DNA of 64,000 nucleotides from Candidatus Hydrogenedentota bacterium (GTDB lineage: Bacteria; Hydrogenedentota; Hydrogenedentia; Hydrogenedentales; SLHB01): contig JACQVH010000261.1 in NCBI GenBank assembly GCA_016209895.1, positions 12,943 through 76,942 of the forward strand. The letters are read 5' to 3'. Below the pieces are notes generated by a model that saw only the letters and a program-made list of their open reading frames with translations, was not told the origin of the DNA and did no database searches. This document shows positions 53,970-61,178 of this stretch, piece after piece; position 1 is the first letter of the stretch, and the number at the start of each line of letters is the position of its first letter. Both the position numbers and the translations under genes were made by a program.

Positions 53970-53978
53970 GAGATTGAA

Positions 53979-54266
53979 ATGGCAAAGACGAAGACTCGAC
54001 CTTGGGATGTGGTAGAGCATTTGGAAACCGAGGAGGACATGGTCGCGTACCTTGAAGCTACCCTCGAAGACGGCGACCCGGCGCTGGTGGCGGCGGCTCT
54101 GGGCGACATCGCCCGCGCCAAGGGCATGGCACATATCGCCCGTGAAACCGGTCTCGGACGTGAAAGCCTATATAAAGCGCTATCGCCTGAAGGCAACCCG
54201 GAGTTCGCCACAGTGCTCAAGGTCGTCCACGCACTCGGTCTCCGCCTGCACGCGACTGTGCTATAA
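53979..54266 (+). CDS. Addiction-module antidote protein (HTH-type, TIGR02684-like), partner of the upstream killer gene.
   Basis: MAKTKTRPWDVVEHLETEEDMVAYLEATLEDGDPALVAAALGDIARAKGMAHIARETGLGRESLYKALSPEGNPEFATVLKVVHALGLRL is a close match to this antidote family. Confidence 0.8.
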   Translation: MAKTKTRPWDVVEHLETEEDMVAYLEATLEDGDPALVAAALGDIARAKGMAHIARETGLGRESLYKALSPEGNPEFATVLKVVHALGLRLHATVL

Positions 54267-54531
54267 GTAGCGCGCGGCCTCCCGCGCCAGGCCTTTCGTG
54301 TGCGGCCCTAAATCCTCTTTGCGCCGCAGTGTCAGAACCCGCGCCTTTCGTAGGTTTATCAAGTTATCCCCAATTATCTGATGGAATTCATGAATACGTA
54401 TTGTCGGCAATCGTCGTTTCTTTAGAGAGGGGCGTACTCGAGTGCGCGCCCCTATCAAGCAATCGGCCAAGCGGTACGTTGTGAGGAGGGCACAGCGCAA
54501 ACCCCACAAAACATGAGAAAGGAGACCAGCC

Positions 54532-54927
54532 ATGAGAGTCTTAGGCATGGTAATGACAATCCTGGCGTGTACAATGTTTGCGGCCGCAAGCGAGCCGCGC
54601 AGCGTGCAAGCCTCAAATGGGATCGCGAACAGCGAACAACTCGTGCTCGCTCCGGCGGTCAATTCCGAGATGAGTCCGTCGGGCGCGACATTGGCCCGTC
54701 ACGAACGTCGGTATGACCGTCACGGATACCGACACTACGACTCTGACCATCACGGATACCAGCACCACCGGCGTTACGTGTGGCGTGAACCTACGCGCCT
54801 GTATCGGTACGGGCATGGACGAGTCCACATCCATCACCAGCCCAACTGCTATTGGATACCGGGCCGATACGAAACGACCTTCGAAGGCCACCGGATCTAC
54901 GTGCCGGGTCATTGGGATTGCCCATAG
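54532..54927 (+). CDS. Small secreted His/Tyr/Arg-rich protein with YxW/GxW-type motifs.
   Basis: Ribosome-binding site gaaaggagaccagccATG. Signal peptide MRVLGMVMTILACTMFAAASEP. Mature part RHERRYDRHGYRHYDSDHHGYQHHRRYVWREPTRLYRYGHGRVHIHHQPNCYWIPGRYETTFEGHRIYVPGHWDCP. Confidence 0.6.
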   Translation: MRVLGMVMTILACTMFAAASEPRSVQASNGIANSEQLVLAPAVNSEMSPSGATLARHERRYDRHGYRHYDSDHHGYQHHRRYVWREPTRLYRYGHGRVHIHHQPNCYWIPGRYETTFEGHRIYVPGHWDCP

Positions 54928-55191
54928 CGCCCGTGACACTTTGCAGAATGAGCGCGTAGTTCACAAAACTCGCTGAACATTTGCGCTAAAGCCAACGTAG
55001 GGTGGACGGCTGTCCGCCATGTCGCGTCCAAAAGCCGCGCATTCTTTCGGCGGACCGCGTCCGCCCTACGTTCTTGGTCGAATTTGAAACCGGGCTAAAT
55101 GGCGCCGCTACTCTGAACTTGCTGTTGGGAGTACATTAGCCGGAACCTTCAACGTGCGCCCTTGAGCAAATCCCAGGCATACTCACGGCAG

Positions 55192-55449
55192 ATGAAGATA
55201 AGCGGCATTATCTGGCTGCGAGACGTTGTTGAAAAGCCGGTGGCCAAACATAACGTCCGGACCGAAGAGGTGGAAGAAGTTTTACGTTCATCGCGCCGAT
55301 TTCGATTTATTGAGACTGGGTCCGTGGAAGGGGATGATCTCTATACCGCCATGGGCCGGACAATAGCAGGTCGCTATCCTATGGTCTACTTCGTCCATAA
55401 AGTCGGGCGCGAAGCCCTCGTCATCAATGCCAGAGACATGACGACGTAG
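55192..55449 (+). CDS. BrnT-like (DUF497) ribonuclease toxin. Start set to the internal Met MKISGIIWL...
   Basis: IIWLRDVVEKPVAKHNVRTEEVEEVL...RFRFIETGSVEGDDLYTAMGRTIAGRYPMVYFVHKVGREALVINARDMTT follows the BrnT consensus (feWDe.K...KHgvsfeEa...eeR...G...gr.l.vV.t.r...iriISAR). Confidence 0.55.
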   Translation: MKISGIIWLRDVVEKPVAKHNVRTEEVEEVLRSSRRFRFIETGSVEGDDLYTAMGRTIAGRYPMVYFVHKVGREALVINARDMTT

Positions 55450-55463
55450 ATATCCAGCGCCGC

Positions 55464-55655
55464 ATGTTCGTCACGACTTTGGAACCGGAATTGGCAAAGA
55501 AACTGATCGCCTGTGCGCATAAAAAGGAAATTGAGGTGCTGGCGGACCGCAAAAAACCGATCGCGGCGCTGGCGCTATTAAAGCCTGTTGACCGCGCATC
55601 CATGCCGCGCGCGTTCCGCTTGTTCCCTCGGGTTCCTCGCGTTCCTTGCGGTTAA
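55464..55655 (+). CDS. Putative RHH-type antitoxin partner of the BrnT-like gene.
   Basis: MFVTTLEPELAKKLIACAHKKEIEVLADRK resembles ribbon-helix-helix antitoxin N-termini (sirLdpelaekl...akkkg). It lies 15 nt downstream of the toxin. Confidence 0.4.
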   Translation: MFVTTLEPELAKKLIACAHKKEIEVLADRKKPIAALALLKPVDRASMPRAFRLFPRVPRVPCG

Positions 55656-55665
55656 TAAACCCACG

Positions 55666-56718
55666 CTACGCGCGGCGTTTGCCGAGGAGGCGGATGCAGG
55701 CATCGTAGGCTTGGTCGGGGGTGATGGCGCGGAGGCGTTGTTCGGGCGTGAGGCCTTTTTCGGCGGCGTAGAGAATCTCGACGGGTTCCGTGGCCGGCGC
55801 GTGCTGGACCGGGTCGGTGCCGCCAAACACCGCGGCCACGGGCGTGCCCATGGCGGCGGCGATGTGCATCGGGCCCGTGTCGCCGCCGAAGTAAAGCGCG
55901 GCCCGGTGCACGAGCCAGGCGTAGTGTTTCAAGTCGGCCGTTTCCGGGGCAATGACCGCGTGACGCTTGGCCTTGCGCAACACGCGTTGGGCGACGTCCA
56001 ATTGTCCTGGCCCCCAGGTCAGCAGGACCTCGAAGCGCCCGTCGGAGAGCAACTTGTCGGAAAGCGCGGCGAAGTACTCGAGGGGCCACTGCTTCTCCGG
56101 GCGGTCCACGGGCACGTGCATCGCCACTACCAGCTTGCCACCCCCGAACGTGTTCTCGTAAAACTCACTCACCTCGTCCTGGACTTCGGGCGGCACGTAG
56201 ATACTCATCTCGGCGCGGCCGTGCTGCGGCGCCAGCAGTTCGCACAGCTTCAGATTCTCCTCCAGCCGACTGAGCTTGACCGACGGCAGGTGGACGTGGT
56301 GATTCACACACAGCGAACTGCCTTCCTGCGCCCGCGGCCAAGCGAAGCCGTACCGGTCCGTCGCGCCCGAATACCAGCACAGCACTCCGCTTTTCAGTAT
56401 GCCGTGAAAATCCACGACCATGTCGTAGCGGTTCTCGCGGATTTCACGACAGAACGCCCAAAACGCGCGTAGATTCCCGAGGATTCCCGCGCCGCGGTCG
56501 AAGACCAGAATCTCGTCCAACGCCGGATGGCCCTCGAGAACGCCCACCGCTTTGCGTTCGACCGCCCAGTCAATCCGCGCGCGGGGATGCGCCTCACGCA
56601 GGGCGTGCAATGCGGGCAGGACTCGGACGACGTCGCCGATGGCGCTGAGCCGGATAATCAGAATGCGTGGCTGGCCTTCCCGCATGTGTTCAGCTACTTG
56701 ACCGGTGGCACGGACCAC
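55666..56718 (-). CDS. Family 9 glycosyltransferase (ADP-heptose:LPS heptosyltransferase-like).
   Basis: ...RILIIRLSAIGDVVRVLPALHALREAHPRARIDWAVERK...FGGDTGPMHIAAAMGTPVAAVFGGTDP is a GT9 signature. Confidence 0.85.
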   Translation of the reverse strand: MVRATGQVAEHMREGQPRILIIRLSAIGDVVRVLPALHALREAHPRARIDWAVERKAVGVLEGHPALDEILVFDRGAGILGNLRAFWAFCREIRENRYDMVVDFHGILKSGVLCWYSGATDRYGFAWPRAQEGSSLCVNHHVHLPSVKLSRLEENLKLCELLAPQHGRAEMSIYVPPEVQDEVSEFYENTFGGGKLVVAMHVPVDRPEKQWPLEYFAALSDKLLSDGRFEVLLTWGPGQLDVAQRVLRKAKRHAVIAPETADLKHYAWLVHRAALYFGGDTGPMHIAAAMGTPVAAVFGGTDPVQHAPATEPVEILYAAEKGLTPEQRLRAITPDQAYDACIRLLGKRRA

Positions 56719-57470
56719 GCCCCCGGCGTGGCTGGTCTGTGCCCCAAGGCCGTAGATATCTCCCCGATCATTCCCTCCGCGGCTTTCTTGGGATCGCCCG
56801 CGTCGCGAATCGGCCGGCCGACGACGAGATAATCCGCGCCCGCAACGATCGCGTTATACGGTGTGCTGGGCCGTTTCTGGTCGTTAAGCGCTGCTCCTTG
56901 CGGCCGAATACCCGGACACACCAGCAGCGGCCGCGCGGCGCGGAATCGTTCCCGGAGTGCGGCCACGTTCTCGCCCGATGTGATGAGGCCGTCGCAACCC
57001 TGTTCCAGGGCCAGTTCCGCCCGCCACAACACATATTCGTCCAGCGACTTGAACCGACAGTTCGGGCCAACCAGACCCAATTGGCCCAAGTCCTGCTCGC
57101 TGACGCTGGTAAGAACGGTGACGCAAAGAATTCTCAACGTGCTGTCACCGCGGCCTTCGGCTGCGGCCTTCATCGTCGCCGCGTCCCCGAGTATGGTCAG
57201 AAAATCCACCCCCATGCTCGCCGCCTGCCGCACCGCGCGGGCGACGGTTTCGGGAATGTCGTTCATCTTGAGGTCGAGAAACGCGCGCAGATTTCGGTCC
57301 AGCAGGCTGCGAACGACCTCACGGCCCCCGGCAACGAACAGTTCGAGGCCCACCTTAAAGAAACTGACCGTGCCCGCTAATCGGTCCACGAGCCGCAACG
57401 CGTCAGCCGCATTGTTGAAATCGAGCGCGACGATGAGGCGGTTCTCGGCCGGCGTCGAATCATTCAGCAT
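56694..57470 (-). CDS. pyrF: Orotidine-5'-phosphate decarboxylase. Start at the internal Met MLNDSTPAENRLIVALDF; the track ORF runs through the tRNA.
   Basis: LIVALDFNN... and FLDLKMNDIPETV carry the catalytic Asp/Lys motifs of OMP decarboxylase. Confidence 0.85.
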   Translation of the reverse strand: MLNDSTPAENRLIVALDFNNAADALRLVDRLAGTVSFFKVGLELFVAGGREVVRSLLDRNLRAFLDLKMNDIPETVARAVRQAASMGVDFLTILGDAATMKAAAEGRGDSTLRILCVTVLTSVSEQDLGQLGLVGPNCRFKSLDEYVLWRAELALEQGCDGLITSGENVAALRERFRAARPLLVCPGIRPQGAALNDQKRPSTPYNAIVAGADYLVVGRPIRDAGDPKKAAEGMIGEISTALGHRPATPGAWSVPPVK

Positions 57471-57587
57471 CGAACGACTCCACAACTTGGCTTGCCACCG
57501 ACACGAAAGGCCCGAACTTCCCCGCCTCCCTAATCCTCGCCGCGGGCGGGGAGGGGAGAAGCATTGCCGTTGACGGGGACGGGAAAA

Positions 57588-57681
57588 TGGCGGAGAGAGC
57601 GGGATTCGAACCCGCGGTACGCGGTTTAGACGTACACACGCTTTCCAAGCGTGCGCCTTCAACCAACTCGGCCATCTCTCC
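57588..57681 (-). tRNA. tRNA-Ser (anticodon GGA) with a long variable arm; CCA is encoded.
   Basis: Reverse complement reads GGAGAGATGGCCGAGTTGGTTGAAGGCGCACGCTTGGAAAGCGTGTGTACGTCTAAACCGCGTACCGCGGGTTCGAATCCCGCTCTCTCCGCCA. It has a 7-bp acceptor stem, anticodon stem CACGC/GCGTG with loop TTGGAAA (GGA), and T-arm GCGGG-TTCGAAT-CCCGC. Confidence 0.88.
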
Positions 57682-57859
57682 TCAATTTTACCCGATTCTA
57701 GGGTGCCGGGGAGCAACGAGTCAACCAAAGTGCGAAGGGAAAAGGGAAAAGTGTCCCGCGCGGCGCGGGATACAAAGTGATCAGCGACTTTGCGCAAGGG
57801 TGGCACGATGTCTATAATACATCCCCATTGTTACCGGCTGTAGGTCAGCAGAACGATCC

Positions 57860-57930
57860 CGATGACAGTGACGAGTAGCCAGCAACTAGCCACTAGCAAC
57901 TGATCACTAACCACTGGTCACTGGTCACTA
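57860..57930. repeat. Short tandem motifs (ctagcca/ctagcaa, then cactggt x2) upstream of trxA.
   Basis: gccagcaactagccactagcaactgatcactaaccactggtcactggtcactaa. The same ctagccactagcca motif occurs at 1389-1405 and 3301-3325. Confidence 0.7.
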
Positions 57931-57950
57931 ATTTCTCAAGGAGCGAATAC

Positions 57951-58277
57951 ATGAGCAAGGCAACGGAATTGACGCAGTCGAATTTCGATTCGACGATCGC
58001 GAACGGCGTTACATTGGTGGATTTCTGGGCGACTTGGTGCGGACCGTGCCGGGTCGTGGCGCCGGTCGTAGACCAGTTGGCGGAGGAATATGCCGGCAAG
58101 GTCACGGTCGGCAAAGTCAACGTAGATGACGAGCAGGACTTGGCGGTGAAATACAATGTGAACAGCATACCCACCTTGCTCGTCTTCAAAGACGGCGAAG
58201 TCAAGAACACTTTCGTCGGTGTGCGGCCAACGATCAAAAATGATCTATCGCAGGCCCTGAACGCGGCACTCTCCTGA
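57951..58277 (+). CDS. trxA: Thioredoxin.
   Basis: 108 aa with WATWCGPCR active site. Ribosome-binding site aggagcgaatacATG. Confidence 0.95.
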   Translation: MSKATELTQSNFDSTIANGVTLVDFWATWCGPCRVVAPVVDQLAEEYAGKVTVGKVNVDDEQDLAVKYNVNSIPTLLVFKDGEVKNTFVGVRPTIKNDLSQALNAALS

Positions 58278-58323
58278 GGTCCACAGCGACCTTCAGAACA
58301 AGTCGAGACGAAGAACAAAACGA

Positions 58324-59349
58324 GTGATCGGGAGTACTCTGGCAATGACTCCGAAATCGGTCGCAGTGGCGGGCGCCACCGGATTGGTGGGCCGCCACAT
58401 GCTGCAAGTCTTGGAAGAACGGAACTATCCGGTCAAGTCCATCAAGTTGCTGGCCTCGGAACGTTCCCGTGGGAAGCAACTCCCGTTTCGCGGCGAGACG
58501 TTGCCGGTCGAGGTACTGACCGAGAATTCGTTTCGAGGCATCGAAGTAGCGCTGTTCAGCGCCGGCGGCGGTACCAGCAAGAAGTTCGCGCCCTGCGCCG
58601 CGCACGACCATTGCGTCGTCGTAGATAATTCGAGCGCGTGGCGCATGGACCCGAAAGTGCCGCTGGTCGTGCCCGAAGTGAACGCAAAAGACATCAAGTG
58701 GAACAACGGCATTATCGCGAACCCGAATTGCTCAACCATCCAGTTGGTCGTCGTGCTGAAACCCTTGCACGACGCTGCGAAAATCGAGCGCGTCGTTGTC
58801 TCCACCTACCAAGCTGTTTCCGGCGCCGGGGCGAAAGCCCTGGACGAATTGTTGGCGCAGACCAAAGCCGTACTGGAGGGTAAGCAGCCGGAATGCAACG
58901 TGTTCCCGCACCCCATCGCCTTCAACTGCATACCGCAGATTCCGCAGAGCGACGCGTTCGGCGAAAACGGCTACACCTCCGAAGAAATGAAGATGATCAA
59001 CGAAACCAAAAAAATCATGGGGGACGATAGCATCCGCGTGTGCGCGACCACGGTCCGCGTGCCGGTGCATACCGGACACAGCGAGTCGGTCAACCTCGAG
59101 ACCGAGAAGAAGCTGTCCGTCGCGCAGGCGCACGAGATTCTTTCGAAGGCTCCCGGCGTCGTCGTCCTCGACGATCCGGCGAAGCAACTATATCCCCTCG
59201 CTACCGAAGCCGCCGGCAAAGGCGAGACCTTCGTCGGCCGTATTCGCGAAGACCTCTCCCACCCCCGCGGCCTAGCCCTGTGGATCGTCTCCGACAACCT
59301 GCTAAAAGGCGCCGCCCTCAACGCCGTCCAAATCGCAGAATTGCTGTAA
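58324..59349 (+). CDS. asd: Aspartate-semialdehyde dehydrogenase.
   Basis: VAVAGATGLVGRHML (NAD(P) binding), NPNCSTIQLVVVLKPL (active-site Cys), ...SGAGAKA... and a C-terminal dimerisation region typical of Asd. Confidence 0.93.
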   Translation: MIGSTLAMTPKSVAVAGATGLVGRHMLQVLEERNYPVKSIKLLASERSRGKQLPFRGETLPVEVLTENSFRGIEVALFSAGGGTSKKFAPCAAHDHCVVVDNSSAWRMDPKVPLVVPEVNAKDIKWNNGIIANPNCSTIQLVVVLKPLHDAAKIERVVVSTYQAVSGAGAKALDELLAQTKAVLEGKQPECNVFPHPIAFNCIPQIPQSDAFGENGYTSEEMKMINETKKIMGDDSIRVCATTVRVPVHTGHSESVNLETEKKLSVAQAHEILSKAPGVVVLDDPAKQLYPLATEAAGKGETFVGRIREDLSHPRGLALWIVSDNLLKGAALNAVQIAELL

Positions 59350-59590
59350 GAAAAACGAGGATACGGAAGAGCGCGGCGTCCCAACATTTCCTGCTCCACG
59401 GGCTGCAGGAGTCGGACCGCCTTCATCGGACTTGCGATCGCGCGGATTCGAGCGCTTCCTCCACCGACCTCGCAGCAACTCGCCCCTGTTTGTACGCTTG
59501 ATAACGCCTCTCGGCTTCTTCCACCCACAAGCGCTCGTTTTCCGCATCATCTACCGCGTCAATTCTATCTCATACAAAGTGCCGCCGTCG

Positions 59591-60655
59591 CTACCCCAGG
59601 ATCGGCCGGAGCTCCTCATAATTGGCGCGAATCCAGTTGACGATTTCTTCGAGGATTTGGGGCGCGGTCTTCTTTGGTCGCCAGCCCGTCACCCGGTTCA
59701 CGTGCGAATAGTCGGTAAGATACAACCGGATGTCGGCCGGGCGGTCTTCAGGGACGCCCCCAATGGGAATCTGGTTTCCGGTGACTTCCTGGCACATCGC
59801 GGTGAGTTCGAGCAACGACGCGCTCACCTCGAGGCCGCCGCCGACGTTGAACGTCTCACCGTTCAAACCCTCGAGATGGTCCATTTGATACAAGATCAGT
59901 TCCAGCACGTCCTCAATGTGCATCATGTCGCGCACCTGCTTCCCCTGACCACCATAGCCGATGTAGTCGAGTTTGCCGCCGTACAGATGCCGCGCGACCC
60001 AGAGCACCACCACGCCCTGGTCCACCTTCCCCATTTGCCACGGGCCGGTGATGATGCTGCAGCGGTTCACGACCGCGCGCAGGTCGTACATCTCCTGGTA
60101 TTCCTGGATAAGAAATTCCGAGCAGAGTTTCGTCGTCCCGTACATCGAGCGCGCTCCGATGAGCGGAAATTCCTCAGAAATCCCGCGCGCCGACGCCCCC
60201 GGACTCATTTGCTTATCCGAGAGCGCGAACCGCGTCGCCTCTTCCCGACAGGCCAGGGCGTTGATCGTTTTGGTCGGGTATACGCGGCTCGTGGAAAGGA
60301 AAATCATCGCCGCCTCGCGCCGACGCGCAAATTCGAGACAGTTCACCGTACCCGTTAAATTGGTGTGAATCACGTACGCCGGCGAACCGGAATAGCCGGC
60401 GAGCACCGATGGCTCGGCGCTGCATTCGAGAACGAGGTCCACCGGACCAACCGCCTCAAGATCCTCCGGACTGCGTATGTCGCCGTGAAGAAACTCCACC
60501 CCCGCCCCGCGTAAGCGGGACAGATTCAACTCCGAACCCCGCCGTTTGAGGTTATCAAAGGCAACTACTCGCACATCAGCCCGGTGCCGGCGTAAGCCCA
60601 TGGCCAAATGCGAACCGACGAATCCCGCGCCCCCAGTGACTAATACCGACTTCAA
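59591..60655 (-). CDS. NAD-dependent epimerase/dehydratase family protein (sugar-nucleotide epimerase type).
   Basis: MKSVLVTGGAGFVGSHL Rossmann motif and ...YGTTKLCSE... (YxxxK) catalytic motif. Confidence 0.85.
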   Translation of the reverse strand: MKSVLVTGGAGFVGSHLAMGLRRHRADVRVVAFDNLKRRGSELNLSRLRGAGVEFLHGDIRSPEDLEAVGPVDLVLECSAEPSVLAGYSGSPAYVIHTNLTGTVNCLEFARRREAAMIFLSTSRVYPTKTINALACREEATRFALSDKQMSPGASARGISEEFPLIGARSMYGTTKLCSEFLIQEYQEMYDLRAVVNRCSIITGPWQMGKVDQGVVVLWVARHLYGGKLDYIGYGGQGKQVRDMMHIEDVLELILYQMDHLEGLNGETFNVGGGLEVSASLLELTAMCQEVTGNQIPIGGVPEDRPADIRLYLTDYSHVNRVTGWRPKKTAPQILEEIVNWIRANYEELRPILG

Positions 60656-60674
60656 TTCCTGCCTTCCCTGAACT

Positions 60675-61178
60675 TCAGTACATGTTCGGCAAATCCCCGA
60701 TCTTCGAAATCATTTCGACGTCCACCGAATTCGCATCCTCCGCATGGCTCACGATAAACTGCCGCAGATTCTCTACCGAATCTGCGCGCACGCCGGAAAA
60801 CTCGATCGCGAACCCTAACTTGTCCGCGCGAACCACCACGCCCCGCACCTCGACCGCTTTCTGCGGGTCGTAGTGGAAGTTGACTTGGCATTCCGCCCTC
60901 AGCGGCAATACGACGGATGATTTCAGGTACATACCAAGCGCGGAAATATCCTGAAGTGTAGCCTCGAATTTCTTTCCTTCCGAAGCGGTTACGACCACCG
61001 GATGAATGACGGGTATCCGGGCAAATCTCCGACACTCATAGCGGTTGGGAACCGGAATATTGTCCTCGCGGCCGCTTCTGGTCCAATCGTCTACCATGTC
61101 GGGTCCACCGAGAGCAGTTCGGTTGCGGCCGGCGTTGTGAGCGGTTTGGCAAAGAAGTACCCTTGACCGTACTCGCAA
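60675..61178 (-). CDS. PilZ-domain (c-di-GMP binding) protein. True start may be the internal MVDDW..., about 78 nt downstream of the track start.
   Basis: RRFARIPV (RxxxR) and DISALGM (DxSxxG) are the two PilZ motifs at canonical spacing. Confidence 0.72.
   Translation of the reverse strand: MRVRSRVLLCQTAHNAGRNRTALGGPDMVDDWTRSGREDNIPVPNRYECRRFARIPVIHPVVVTASEGKKFEATLQDISALGMYLKSSVVLPLRAECQVNFHYDPQKAVEVRGVVVRADKLGFAIEFSGVRADSVENLRQFIVSHAEDANSVDVEMISKIGDLPNMY

Noticed and set aside
57471-57806. Upstream extension of the pyrF ORF that spans the tRNA-Ser.
   Set aside because: The extension reads straight through a tRNA gene on the same strand and has low-complexity R/P-rich sequence. The conserved PyrF N-terminus begins at MLNDSTPAENRLIVALDF.
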